From positions 1 to 64,000 of IMG/VR virus record IMGVR_UViG_3300037067_008364: DNA of 64,000 bases; one strand, given 5' to 3'. The DNA comes from an uncultured virus (IMG/VR IMGVR_UViG_3300037067_008364) (taxonomy: Duplodnaviria > Heunggongvirae > Uroviricota > Caudoviricetes). This document shows positions 7,742-18,237 of this stretch, piece after piece. The notes below the pieces were generated by a model, which saw only the letters and a list, made by a program, of their open reading frames with translations, made no database searches and was not told where the DNA came from. Within the stretch, counting starts at the first letter, position 1. Every line of letters starts with the position of its first letter. Made by a program: the position numbers and the translations under genes.

Positions 7742-9034
7742 TTATATTGTTTCGAGTAGTTTGATTGCATCTTGATAATGTAAAAATATATTATCATATG
7801 TATATTTGGAAATTTCTATATTACTCTCAAGTATCTTGCCATGATCGAAGTATACATTGACATCCATTGATGTTCCATATTCTTCTATTTGTGCGTCTGT
7901 CATCATCACATCACATCCGACTTTTGGCAGACTGTATAGAGGAATATTCTGATCATCGAAACTTTCACCATTGCTGGTTCTCGAACAGTCATCATCATAA
8001 TCATGCATTTGTTCAAGTTCGCCATAAAGTTTCTTCGCCTTTTGCAGTACACGCTTGAAGTCTGCCTTATGGATAATATATTCCTGAGTGACATATACAC
8101 ATTCACCATCAATCCTTGCATATCCATGCTGTTGCCATAGATGCTTGCAAGAATGATTGTCCATTGTTACACTAAATTTCTGATCAATATTTAAATGTAT
8201 CCCTTTCTTCATATCGGCAAACTTAACATCAAGTATCTTACTGAATATAGTATCATCTGTAATATATGTTAGATAATCAGCAATGTATAATTCATTGATA
8301 CAGTATACCGCCATTCTCGTATATGGATTACCATCTGTAAATACAATATCTTCAACAAGGTTTGAATTTTTATATATGACAGCGTAATTCTGTTCCAGTA
8401 TTTGACCATGATTATATTTTGATTGCAACATCTTTTTATCTTTCTTGACAGCCTGAAATGCATACAACTGTTTATGATCTATATACTCTTTGAGTTTTGA
8501 AAGTGCCTGTTCATCTGCATCACATCCCCTTAACACTTTCTTTACTTTATCAAATCCACCGCGCATCTTAATGTACTTTTCGGCATGCTTTATCACACCA
8601 TACGCATATGCATATCCATTGATACGTTTTGATGCCTTTCCTTTCTTCATAAGCGTTTCTATCTTATTTACATAAGAATGTATTTCGGTCTGCAACTCAT
8701 CATTCCCACCATTATTATCAATATGTATAGTTGGGCATATTATGAAAGTTACATCTTTTACATCATCCGGTTCAAGACAATAAAACTCAGTAATAACACA
8801 GCTTCTGTGTGATGAATCACTAAATCTGCATGTCATAAGTACATATACATGTCCATGTTTATCCTGTACTGATTTAAAGTATGCATGTTGAGTATCATAA
8901 TCATGTCCCATGACACCATTTTTATATGTTACTGAATCATGTATCCCGGAAAGATATGTATACCATTCACCACTTTCATGTCTGACCAACGCTCTTATAG
9001 CACTATTACCATCTTTATATTGTAACCCTGACAT
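7742..9034 (-). CDS. hypothetical protein
   Basis: 430 aa ORF, no recognised motif. Confidence 0.8.
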   Translation of the reverse strand: MSGLQYKDGNSAIRALVRHESGEWYTYLSGIHDSVTYKNGVMGHDYDTQHAYFKSVQDKHGHVYVLMTCRFSDSSHRSCVITEFYCLEPDDVKDVTFIICPTIHIDNNGGNDELQTEIHSYVNKIETLMKKGKASKRINGYAYAYGVIKHAEKYIKMRGGFDKVKKVLRGCDADEQALSKLKEYIDHKQLYAFQAVKKDKKMLQSKYNHGQILEQNYAVIYKNSNLVEDIVFTDGNPYTRMAVYCINELYIADYLTYITDDTIFSKILDVKFADMKKGIHLNIDQKFSVTMDNHSCKHLWQQHGYARIDGECVYVTQEYIIHKADFKRVLQKAKKLYGELEQMHDYDDDCSRTSNGESFDDQNIPLYSLPKVGCDVMMTDAQIEEYGTSMDVNVYFDHGKILESNIEISKYTYDNIFLHYQDAIKLLETI

Positions 9035-9217
9035 AGAACCCCCTTATTTCCCATTATTATTATTCAACGCTCTGCATACATTTTCAGCAAAATCCCTTGA
9101 AAAATATATACCATATAGTTGGCCATTACAATCTATTATATATACCTTGTTCAGTCCATCATATTCAATATGGAACGGCTTTCTCGATCTCCATTCATCG
9201 TCCGACCACTGCATACA

Positions 9218-9562
9218 TTATTCATCTTTTTCATTATCGTCATCTGGGTTGAATACTCTTAATATAAACGTGTTATTGTTTTCAAGCATTATGCCAAGTC
9301 CACCACAGTTTCTTTTCAGATTGTCAAGTTCGCTAAGCGATACAGAAATATTGTTCCCTTCTTTCATGACGAAGTAACTTACTATTGCCGATAATGTCAC
9401 AATAATTTTCTTAACTTCTTCATCCATACCTTCAAAGAACTCTTCACCTATGACAGATTCAGGACTTTCTCGTATGGCATCGTACATGTTGTCTGAATAG
9501 AACCCTTTAGTCTCATTCTTTTGTAGAATGTTCTTGATGATCTCTTCCCAGTGTTTATCCAT
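9218..9562 (-). CDS. hypothetical protein
   Basis: RBS, packing. Confidence 0.7.
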   Translation of the reverse strand: MDKHWEEIIKNILQKNETKGFYSDNMYDAIRESPESVIGEEFFEGMDEEVKKIIVTLSAIVSYFVMKEGNNISVSLSELDNLKRNCGGLGIMLENNNTFILRVFNPDDDNEKDE

Positions 9563-9565
9563 AAT

Positions 9566-9931
9566 CTACTCCTGTTCGATAGGATTTTCTTCCTTGATTA
9601 TTTCACGCAGTCTCAATATACCGCCTTTGATGTTGGTAATCATAGACATTGCCCTGCTACTTACCCCTTCGGCTGTTTCGATCTTCTCGAAATACGTTAG
9701 ACATTTATCACACATGGATATGACTTCAATGGTACTATATACTTCCTGATAATCACCATCAACTATACCTATACACATAGGATCAATCTGGTAAGTCCTG
9801 TCCTTTTTTTCACGTTCTATCTTAGCTGTTTCCTGCTGGTACTGCTTGTCCTGTTCTTCTGATATATCATCAATAATTCCACCAACCATCTGCATCTGTT
9901 GAATAATATAGTTTATATCATATGGTCTCAT
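9566..9931 (-). CDS. hypothetical protein
   Basis: ATGA overlap. Confidence 0.7.
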   Translation of the reverse strand: MRPYDINYIIQQMQMVGGIIDDISEEQDKQYQQETAKIEREKKDRTYQIDPMCIGIVDGDYQEVYSTIEVISMCDKCLTYFEKIETAEGVSSRAMSMITNIKGGILRLREIIKEENPIEQE

Positions 9932-10200
9932 ATACTTTTACCTAACCTTTTATTGATGGTTTCTCTATATGTTGATTCCAATTTATTATAGTTTGTATAT
10001 TCATGGGAATTTGTAGGTTTGTTATATAACCAGTTTTTAAATTCGATCATAAATTCACATTGATTACACATATTACATTTGATGCAGATAGTATAGTTTA
10101 AACCATCACATCTGTCTGCTTGGTTGCTATACAACTCAAATTTACAGTAACTCGTAAAATCATAAAACATATTGACTATTATATCATCAAACTTATCCAT
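9928..10200 (-). CDS. Cys-rich paralog family member
   Basis: CIKCNMCNQCEFMIEFKNW. Confidence 0.65.
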   Translation of the reverse strand: MDKFDDIIVNMFYDFTSYCKFELYSNQADRCDGLNYTICIKCNMCNQCEFMIEFKNWLYNKPTNSHEYTNYNKLESTYRETINKRLGKSI

Positions 10201-10441
10201 TCTTATTCACCTCTTCACGATATGACTGATACCATGAACTCTGTTTATATCCTATCATCAGTGGGCACTGATTCGACTTTTTGCATTCAGTTAAACACCG
10301 AATCTTTCTTGCCTTTATTGACAAGTTAGGATTTGGATATTTAAAACACTTCATCCATTTTTGCCATTCTGGAGTTAATGTGTTCAGTGCGACTAAGTAA
10401 TTTCCGAATCCACACATAATAGCATCAATCTTCATGATCAC
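10193..10441 (-). CDS. Cys-rich paralog family member
   Basis: CLTECKKSNQCPLMIGYKQ. Confidence 0.65.
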   Translation of the reverse strand: MIMKIDAIMCGFGNYLVALNTLTPEWQKWMKCFKYPNPNLSIKARKIRCLTECKKSNQCPLMIGYKQSSWYQSYREEVNKNG

Positions 10442-10715
10442 TCCGATAATAATTACTATTCTTAAACCGTATCATAGTTATACATGTGTTGACTGAATCA
10501 CACTTTTTAAGACAGTATCTTATTGGTTTATTGATATAATCTCTTAGTTTATCTGTATTGCTTTGATCAGAATATTTCTTGTTACAGTTATCCCATGTTG
10601 TCCATTCAATACCATTCTCATTACAGCACCAAAGATACATCTTGTACTCAAAATGCATCGTCTTGTCATATTTACGTCTGTATTTTATCTTCATGATCTT
10701 TCCTGTATTTAACAT
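10425..10715 (-). CDS. Cys-rich paralog family member
   Basis: CLKKCDSVNTCITMIRFKN; the true start may be the second Met. Confidence 0.6.
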   Translation of the reverse strand: MLNTGKIMKIKYRRKYDKTMHFEYKMYLWCCNENGIEWTTWDNCNKKYSDQSNTDKLRDYINKPIRYCLKKCDSVNTCITMIRFKNSNYYRSDHED

Positions 10716-10914
10716 ATCCTATTACGGTCTTACATGTATTAGCCTGTTTACACTTTGAACACACATCAAAGAATAAGCTAAAGTCACAATTAGTTCCCTT
10801 AAGTTTTTGGTCTTTGTCGTTGGAATAACAATGAGACAGACATTCCCATTCTTCACTCCTTGAATGAATATCATTCAGATATTTTCTATATTCTTCTGAA
10901 TCCCCTACTATCAT
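10672..10914 (-). CDS. Cys-rich paralog family member
   Basis: CSKCKQANTCKTVIGY. Confidence 0.65.
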   Translation of the reverse strand: MIVGDSEEYRKYLNDIHSRSEEWECLSHCYSNDKDQKLKGTNCDFSLFFDVCSKCKQANTCKTVIGYVKYRKDHEDKIQT

Positions 10915-11198
10915 TTCTTTTTATCCCTATATTTCCATTGTTTGAATGCGATCATCATTGGGCACTGGTTCTGATTTGGACAGTTCAATGGATGATAGTA
11001 CCGTCCTGATTTACTGATAGGTCTATGTATATTAGGACAATCAGCCATATGTCGCCATTCTTTTGAGTTAATATTAACATGATTACAGTGGAAGCTTCTT
11101 AGTTCTCGATTATATATATCAGATTCGTTCATCTCCTGCCATGTCTTGTTGGTAATTATTGACACGTTCTCTTCCTCCGATGGATAGTTTCCTGCCAT
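10911..11198 (-). CDS. Cys-rich paralog family member
   Basis: NCPNQNQCPMMIAFKQW. Confidence 0.6.
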   Translation of the reverse strand: MAGNYPSEEENVSIITNKTWQEMNESDIYNRELRSFHCNHVNINSKEWRHMADCPNIHRPISKSGRYYHPLNCPNQNQCPMMIAFKQWKYRDKKK

Positions 11199-11395
11199 AT
11201 ATCATCTATCTTGTCATCAGTTGTCCCAATATAACTGTCATTGATTACACTACGCACCAAGTCCATGACATCTTTCTTCGACATCTTGGATACTTCATAC
11301 TCGATAAGCTCACTGATCTTCTGAGCGCGTGTTACTTCAGGTTCCTGAGGTACAGGTACAGGTTTTACTTGTTTGATTACTTTTTTCTTAACCAT
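11156..11395 (-). CDS. hypothetical protein
   Basis: ORF track. Confidence 0.65.
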   Translation of the reverse strand: MVKKKVIKQVKPVPVPQEPEVTRAQKISELIEYEVSKMSKKDVMDLVRSVINDSYIGTTDDKIDDIWQETIHRRKRTCQ

Positions 11396-11973
11396 ATCAT
11401 TATACCCTTTTTATCTGCATAACATTTAAAATCCATTTTTAATACGTTCAATATCTTCCCGTCTTGCTTCATCAGTCATAATCAAAAGTTCATTAAGTAT
11501 TCTTACCATGTCTTCATATGGGAATGTAACAGCAATAAGCGGGTTAGGAGTTTTACGTTTTTGCATAGAACCCTACTGTAACAAACTTACCATCTCCTAC
11601 AGATATCACAGACATGCGTCTCGGTACAAATATCCCACTTCCGTTGCGCTGTGCGAATGTATGTTCAATTTCTGGTATTTCATGAACAATTGGTTGCGCA
11701 TATTCGATTGATACAATATTGTAATCCATTATATTTTACTCCTTACTATAAATGAAACACTCAATATAATTTTATACACCGATACCACAATCTTGATACA
11801 CCCGTGTTCCCATACGATTTCCACCCCGAACCGTCTCGCGTACTGAATTGAATACACATCAAGCCCGAATACCAATCGTCCGACAGTCAATGAATACATG
11901 ATAGGATAGTACTCATCAAAATACAGTCCACATTCACGGATAATCTTAGGGGTATATTTGAACAGAAATGATG

Positions 11974-12294
11974 TCATGCGTTACCCTGTACATTAAAGTT
12001 ATCTATGTGAGGTTGCGACAGAAGGTCATTCTGACCCTTGATATATCCATTGGTAAAGCATATTTTGGATATACGTATGATAACTTTCATGAACGTCTCT
12101 TCATCACTTGCAAGATATCTTATCCCTTTGTTGAAAGATACCGGGATATCCCCATGCTGTTGTGTTTCATGTGTAAGTTCATACAGTACAGACGATGAAA
12201 TTACCTTACACATTTCATCACATTCGGTAAGGATTCTATTTATTTCAGTCATTTCGTTATTATCAGGTGCTTCAGTTCCAAAAATGTTTTCCAT
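11974..12294 (-). CDS. hypothetical protein
   Basis: ORF track, RBS. Confidence 0.65.
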   Translation of the reverse strand: MENIFGTEAPDNNEMTEINRILTECDEMCKVISSSVLYELTHETQQHGDIPVSFNKGIRYLASDEETFMKVIIRISKICFTNGYIKGQNDLLSQPHIDNFNVQGNA

Positions 12295-12297
12295 TGA

Positions 12298-12537
12298 TCA
12301 GTCTCCCATGATGATATTATACCATTGTATAGCAGCATCATAATCGCGTTTAAAAGTAACCAGAAAAGCATCTTTATTATCCATTGGGCGAAACTCACTT
12401 ACGAGAATAGCTGTCTCCATACCATTCCGATCAATGATTTCAATATAATCCTTGCCAACAAGATGTTTAACAATAACAGGATTACATAAAAGTTTAGTAC
12501 GCCCGGTATAGTGTCCAATATCTCCGCGTTTTACCAT
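12298..12537 (-). CDS. hypothetical protein
   Basis: AGGAG RBS. Confidence 0.65.
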   Translation of the reverse strand: MVKRGDIGHYTGRTKLLCNPVIVKHLVGKDYIEIIDRNGMETAILVSEFRPMDNKDAFLVTFKRDYDAAIQWYNIIMGD

Positions 12538-12548
12538 GCCTTTATCTC

Positions 12549-13181
12549 CTAAATACTATAATTGTTTGATAATTTCTTTTTGATATTATTCCAATACCAC
12601 ATCACCGGACATTCGTCTCTATACGGGCATACTCCAGTACACTGTTCCTTTCTTTTTTGTCTGCTGATATGCATGTCTACAATAGAACCACCATGTTCAA
12701 AAGAATAATAATCATGATTTGTGCACCTACTTCCATTAGCCCAAGCATTGAATACTTCGGGTGGAATATCTACTGCATCTTTCATACGCTCGTATAATAT
12801 ATTATATTCATCATTAGTCAATGCATAATATTGTGTACTGTGTATAATGTCAGTTTTTAATGTTGTGTTGTACGGTACCGGTCTTTCTCCCAACAAAATA
12901 CGTCCAATTTCCTTTGATTTCATTTTATACGATATGCCAGTCAACGATTTTAACCATTCCCATTGTTTAATAGCTGGACACTCTGATGGATTATGAATAG
13001 TACACGTACTTTTTTTACAACACTTGTCATAAAAGTCATAATTAATTATACCACTATCGCTATGGCATAATCTAAGTTTCTCTCTTGATTCATCTGTAAT
13101 CCAGCTATCTTTCTTATGAAAAACAAATACTATCCAAAACAATTCATTTTCAGTTTTATTCATAAAATCATCTTTAGACAT
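12549..13181 (-). CDS. two-domain Cys-rich paralog
   Basis: CTIHNPSECPAIKQW and CTGVCPYRDECPVMWYW. Confidence 0.7.
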   Translation of the reverse strand: MSKDDFMNKTENELFWIVFVFHKKDSWITDESREKLRLCHSDSGIINYDFYDKCCKKSTCTIHNPSECPAIKQWEWLKSLTGISYKMKSKEIGRILLGERPVPYNTTLKTDIIHSTQYYALTNDEYNILYERMKDAVDIPPEVFNAWANGSRCTNHDYYSFEHGGSIVDMHISRQKRKEQCTGVCPYRDECPVMWYWNNIKKKLSNNYSI

Positions 13182-13200
13182 GGCTTTCCACCTCGACCTT

Positions 13201-13449
13201 TCAGGATTTAAACGATAAATAAGGATTAGCTTCTTTGTGTTTGTAGTAATTCAATACCTGATCAAGCACTTTTTCAAACATAGTAAACTGAAGTTCAGTA
13301 ATAACAACATCACTTGCTATCACATCATCATCATGTCCGATGAGCCTGACAAATGTACCACCGCTCGGATAATCCGCAATGGTATAGTTCTTCACTTCAG
13401 GATACAGTTTCTTGATACGCCCAAGACGTGTAATCAGGTATTCTTTCAA
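13201..13449 (-). CDS. hypothetical protein
   Basis: AGGAG RBS before a TTG start. Confidence 0.6.
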   Translation of the reverse strand: MKEYLITRLGRIKKLYPEVKNYTIADYPSGGTFVRLIGHDDDVIASDVVITELQFTMFEKVLDQVLNYYKHKEANPYLSFKS

Positions 13450-13490
13450 CGGCAGTCTCCTTTATATAATATTTATTGTTGAATTTATTG

Positions 13491-13970
13491 TTAAGATTTC
13501 CCTTGTCCCCACACATACGGTAAATTATCAGGAACATCCCATCTATATTGACCATAAAATACAGGATCTTTACGTAACAAGTTGGAACGATGACTATTTA
13601 CAAGATCAATAGTATACCAGTCAGGAATGATAATATTATTAAAAGTATAATCATTGAGCCGTGGCATGTTATTTTTGTACCCCTTGTATTCCCAAACCAT
13701 AAGACAAGTATCATGATACAGAGCAAGAGTATTCTCGTAACCTTTCCACATCTTTACTGCCGGATGGTTAGCCCATGCACCCGGGTTATCCCAATCTTTA
13801 TTAGCCCCGGTATTGATATCGTATATGGTACGAGCCTCAATGCGTTGTTTACCAAGACGCTTGTAATCAAGATGTTCAATAGCTGGCACAAATAACAATA
13901 CTATTAAAGCTCCTCCCGTATGAATTGCTCCTTGATATGGCATCTCACATAAGAATGTCTGCATAATCAC
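13491..13970 (-). CDS. pyrimidine-dimer DNA glycosylase / endonuclease V-like protein (MSMEG_6728-like)
   Basis: MQTFL...LDYKRLGKQRIEA...WANHPAVKMWKGY...SHRSNLLRKDP...YVW. Confidence 0.85.
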   Translation of the reverse strand: MIMQTFLCEMPYQGAIHTGGALIVLLFVPAIEHLDYKRLGKQRIEARTIYDINTGANKDWDNPGAWANHPAVKMWKGYENTLALYHDTCLMVWEYKGYKNNMPRLNDYTFNNIIIPDWYTIDLVNSHRSNLLRKDPVFYGQYRWDVPDNLPYVWGQGKS

Positions 13971-14144
13971 CTCTTTTACAGCACTATGTATTTTACCTGT
14001 TTCTCTACAATTTTTTTCTCAAGAAACACAAAAGATTCAATGTCCTCTTTCAAACATCCATGGTCTGTCAAAAAATCAACTGCACTGTCTATTGTATCAA
14101 ATTCTATTTCATTCCCATGACAACCGCTGATAAGAAAGTACACA

Positions 14145-14420
14145 TTATCTGCGTCTCCTTTTTTTTGAACACGCTATTGTTTCAATAATCTCTATTGCAT
14201 GATACGGGATAAACATCATATCTTCATATTCAGGGGATCGCTTATCAATTGGCTTCTGGTGAATAGACTGGAAATATCCACCATCTTTATCAATATCAAA
14301 CATGCGTGAATAAGCATCTTTAGATGATGTAAATTTTTCTATTTCACCATCCTTGTTTTTAACAAAAAATATCTTTCCACTTATAGTCGTTATCTGTATT
14401 TGATATATAATTGTATCCAT
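14145..14420 (-). CDS. hypothetical protein
   Basis: GAGG RBS. Confidence 0.65.
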   Translation of the reverse strand: MDTIIYQIQITTISGKIFFVKNKDGEIEKFTSSKDAYSRMFDIDKDGGYFQSIHQKPIDKRSPEYEDMMFIPYHAIEIIETIACSKKRRRR

Positions 14421-14821
14421 TGTTGATTATACCTCACATAATTTTACAAACAGGGGATAAAGCTGCCCGGCAATACCCCCTGTTCGGGTCATTTGAATAA
14501 GAATAAAACAGGTCTGACTTAATGCATTACATCAATACACGAGTAGTACACGAAAATACATAGATTATTTCATCACCATCTCCTTTCCTTATTAATTATC
14601 TATTTATGTATCCATTCTTTTTAATACAACCACCACACTGAATCTCTCATTTCTTAGTTGTGTATCTGTTAAAATGGAATGCGACTATTTGCACATTATT
14701 GCACTGAATGCACCTTTGCACATATGCAGTGTTAAATATTTCACATGTTTTAGCTGTTAGTACCAACATTACATATGATATTTTACGTTTTGTATGATAC
14801 CATAGCATACGCATATTGACA

Positions 14822-15007
14822 TCACTTTCTCTTGATTGGATAATGATGACCATCTTTCTTGGGATGGTGAGACGGTTCCCTTTTCACTCCGAACAACCAG
14901 TGATCTTCTCCTTTTGATACATGACCACCATGTTCATTTCTGTATGCTTTCGCATCTCTCTTGTTGGAAAAGTATTTTGTAGCAACTCGAAACAATCTTA
15001 ATGACAT
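14822..15007 (-). CDS. small basic hypothetical protein
   Basis: GAGGAGG RBS; YFSNKRDAK..R motif. Confidence 0.65.
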   Translation of the reverse strand: MSLRLFRVATKYFSNKRDAKAYRNEHGGHVSKGEDHWLFGVKREPSHHPKKDGHHYPIKRK

Positions 15008-15176
15008 AATTATTCCTCCTCGTCTTCGTCTTCAAACTCCAAAATAGCAATAGGATATATATCCCAATTATAGTCACTTGGATCATCTACACCCAAAAGA
15101 GCGAGAAGTTCCTGCTGTTTCTCTTCAATTAAATCATCGAACATGACAGTGAAAGATTGCATTTGTCGCCTCACTA

Positions 15177-15494
15177 TTATAATTTAACTGAATGATGGAA
15201 TACTCCCGGAATCACTATATCCGTTACCTTTCGACTGTTCTGGAACATCCTGTTGCCCTTCAGATACTTCTTGATATCACCGCGTATCTTTCTGAGAATC
15301 CCTGCATCACTCCAATTAACACCGATAAGCGTACGTACAAATATACGAAAGTCATTCTGCTGGAACAGATACACCTTGACTTCCCGCATCTCAGCAACAG
15401 GTGTATTGTGCACTGTTTCTGCATCCCCATAAATGATCTTGTGTATATCAGGGATGCTGTCGCGGTTTGTCAAGATTTCAGATGTCCCGTTCAT
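15177..15494 (-). CDS. hypothetical protein
   Basis: GAGG RBS. Confidence 0.65.
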   Translation of the reverse strand: MNGTSEILTNRDSIPDIHKIIYGDAETVHNTPVAEMREVKVYLFQQNDFRIFVRTLIGVNWSDAGILRKIRGDIKKYLKGNRMFQNSRKVTDIVIPGVFHHSVKL

Positions 15495-15555
15495 TTGTTC
15501 ACCTCTCTTTGTTAAGACAAGATTAAATAATATGCTGTTTCGTTTATATGTATCA

Positions 15556-15759
15556 TTATGGTTTCACAATTACGATCATTGCCGTCGCAATCTTATACCC
15601 AAGATGTTCCAATGCTTTAGTAACTCTTTCAGGTGTTGCTTCATCATCAAGCGTTACTGGTAAAATGACCATATGATCATCCATATCAGGAGTACACGGG
15701 GAAAACCCGTCTTCTTTAAGTTTGGCAATCAACTCTAACCTTTTCTTTTTGATTGACAT
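15556..15759 (-). CDS. hypothetical protein
   Basis: GAGG RBS. Confidence 0.6.
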   Translation of the reverse strand: MSIKKKRLELIAKLKEDGFSPCTPDMDDHMVILPVTLDDEATPERVTKALEHLGYKIATAMIVIVKP

Positions 15760-16041
15760 CAGTTCACCTCTTCCTCATCAAACGAGTCAAGACCAAGGAC
15801 AACCTCACTCTTAGTGATACCACTACCGCACTTGACCAAGTACTCATGGCATTCTTCATGGTATGACAGCATGGCAGTCTCCTTAGAATAATGATCCAAT
15901 GAGTCCTAACGATAATACTATTGCACCGAAAATCAATTTCTTCTTGGTGTCATTAGTCATCCATAACATTCCACAAAAGAACCACATGGCATATATACAA
16001 GCATATCTTAACGGTGACATATTATTATCTCCTTAGATTAA

Positions 16042-16566
16042 TTACCATAACTCTTTCTTCGGTGTATAATACGAAAATGATGCATTAGTCTGCTCAAAAT
16101 CATTAACCATTCCATTATAATCATGGTACAAGTTATGTCTGGCAATGTAGTTATTTATACTACTCCTGATTTTATTTATCATACTAATTTTTATCAATAT
16201 GTTAAATAATAAATCAATTATATTGCAATACATCAATCCAATTCTTATTAATAACTTATGATACAATCTCACTTGTCTGCGATTGTTGATTGCAGTTGTT
16301 ATTTCAACAAGAATGCTATCCAGTTCTTTATAAATTCTATTGATAATATCATATTTTGTATCACGTTGATACTGAGACACATAGTTCTTGAATTTTACTT
16401 CTTCCACATCATCTGTGTATACTGCTTCTATTAATAGATTAATATATCCAGATGAATAATACTCTTTCTGCCTGCTATCGACTTCTACCATGAACCTGAA
16501 TCCTCTGTATTCTAACCATTGATTCATGATTTCTTCAAATATGCTAATATTTTTGTCAGATCCCAT
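16042..16566 (-). CDS. hypothetical protein
   Basis: GAGGAG RBS, 174 aa. Confidence 0.7.
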   Translation of the reverse strand: MGSDKNISIFEEIMNQWLEYRGFRFMVEVDSRQKEYYSSGYINLLIEAVYTDDVEEVKFKNYVSQYQRDTKYDIINRIYKELDSILVEITTAINNRRQVRLYHKLLIRIGLMYCNIIDLLFNILIKISMINKIRSSINNYIARHNLYHDYNGMVNDFEQTNASFSYYTPKKELW

Positions 16567-16620
16567 AACGTCAACTCCTCATTTATCATCTCGAAACAGA
16601 TTTTGGGATCACAAAGCAAA

Positions 16621-16684
16621 TGCCCCCGGCGCGGGAATCGAACCCGTGTGCGCACTCTTGGAACCTCTCCGTCCACCGGGGGCA
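16621..16684 (-). ncRNA. minimal tRNA-like element (acceptor-like stem + T arm, no normal D or anticodon arm)
   Basis: TGCCCCCGG...ACGGG-TTCGATT-CCCGC-GCCGGGGGCA, intergenic. Confidence 0.6.
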
Positions 16685-16877
16685 ATAGTTCAACGTTTAT
16701 TAACAATACGTTCCAGTTTATCAATACGTTTGCTCAATAACTCAAGAATAGTATTGATATTATTCAAAGTATTGGTTATTGACTGCAACGATTCCAATAA
16801 GTCATCAATTACATTTGCCATAGTGACCTCACTTATATTATATTAAGTAATAGGTAGCATCCGTTTACCACATCGGA

Positions 16878-17111
16878 TTACCTGATCTTACACTCATCAG
16901 ACACATGATACAACTCACAATTCCATTCTGTCACTGCCCCATATTCGTACAGTCCCCGCTTGATCGGAACCCGTACTCTTTCAGGATTGCGTTTCCATGT
17001 CTGCACACATCCGTTCACTCTCCACCGCTCACAGGAACCGTCTTTGTTCTTATATGCAGAGTGATGGAGTATATCCCCATGTTTCAGTGACTTTGCTTGT
17101 TCGAGTGTCAT
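16878..17111 (-). CDS. conserved phage hypothetical protein
   Basis: RWRVNG..QTWKR.P...RVPIK.GLY motif. Confidence 0.75.
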   Translation of the reverse strand: MTLEQAKSLKHGDILHHSAYKNKDGSCERWRVNGCVQTWKRNPERVRVPIKRGLYEYGAVTEWNCELYHVSDECKIR

Positions 17112-17132
17112 CGGATTATCCCTTTATCAGTG

Positions 17133-17354
17133 TTATACTTTCCACTCAGATACTCTAAGTACAGTAATCCATAGCCCATTTATAATATATCCTGTATGTA
17201 CAGTACTTCCATCTTTCTTGTCACAATACATTTTCCCCGCATGTTTACATGATAATTTTGCCAATAACTCTTTTCTTGGATACTTATTTAAAATATAATG
17301 ATTACCATATTGATCTATTCCAATATATCCTAACTGCTTACCTTCAGTACTCAT
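17133..17354 (-). CDS. conserved phage hypothetical protein
   Basis: IDQYG...PRKELL...KMY.D..DG..H.GY motif. Confidence 0.75.
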   Translation of the reverse strand: MSTEGKQLGYIGIDQYGNHYILNKYPRKELLAKLSCKHAGKMYCDKKDGSTVHTGYIINGLWITVLRVSEWKV

Positions 17355-17566
17355 TTCACTATCTCCCCAAGTCTCTTTTCCACGTTTTCATAATTCTCTT
17401 TCCCGGTAATGAACAATTATTAGCCTTCAACTGACCATACAAACCATAGCCATCTATATACTGGAGGATTACATTCCAATGTTAATCTTTTTGGTATCAT
17501 ATATCTATACCATATTTTCTTGTTACTATGTATCTTTATATCTGAATTTAATTTTATAATAGCCAT

Positions 17567-17595
17567 AATATCACTCTCCATATTTATCTTGTCAA
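17567..17595 (-). promoter_or_regulatory. sigma70-type promoter TTGACA-N17-GATATT
   Basis: Consensus -35 and spacing. Confidence 0.55.
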
Positions 17596-17838
17596 TTCAC
17601 TCAGTCTTTTTTCCAGCGAGTACTTTTCAAGACACAGCCTATCATATACTACCTGCCGTGTCCCTGAATCACTCAGTTTCTGCTCTATCATGTCCAGACG
17701 TTTCTCAATAGCTAACCGTTCCGGCAACCATCCCTTATAATACTGCTTGTTACCTGATATGCACTGCTTGATACGCTTCTCTAACAGTCCCTTTGTAGAG
17801 CGATTAGGGATTAAACGAGCATCTGAACAAGATTTCAT
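17584..17838 (-). CDS. hypothetical protein
   Basis: GGAG RBS. Confidence 0.55.
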   Translation of the reverse strand: MKSCSDARLIPNRSTKGLLEKRIKQCISGNKQYYKGWLPERLAIEKRLDMIEQKLSDSGTRQVVYDRLCLEKYSLEKRLSELTR

Positions 17839-18173
17839 GGCATCTCCGAGTGATTATAATTTCCGTTTCACTACGAAACTATAATATATATAACCTCATC
17901 AATTACTCTTTCATCATCCGCACTAAATACCCTAAATCCCCGTCTATCAAGTTAAGCATTTCTCTTTCACTACATGACATTACTGTGATACTGGAAAAGA
18001 ATAAATAATCAACAATACAGTGAGCAAGCTTGACAGCCAGTATACTAAGAAACCGTCTAATCTTTTTCATGATATCCCCTAAGCATATTATATATAAAGT
18101 AAAGTACTGTACGCTTCCCTCGACGACTACCTACCTACCATCCCTATTTTACCAGAGTAGATATACACACTGG

Positions 18174-18237
18174 TAAATCTATAGAGATAAATCTACATGG
18201 ATAAATCTATCAGATTAAATTTATACTGGTAACATAC
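18174..18237. repeat. degenerate 14-bp-period tandem repeat (TAAATCTA core)
   Basis: Cores at 18174, 18188, 18202, 18216, 18230. Confidence 0.65.
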
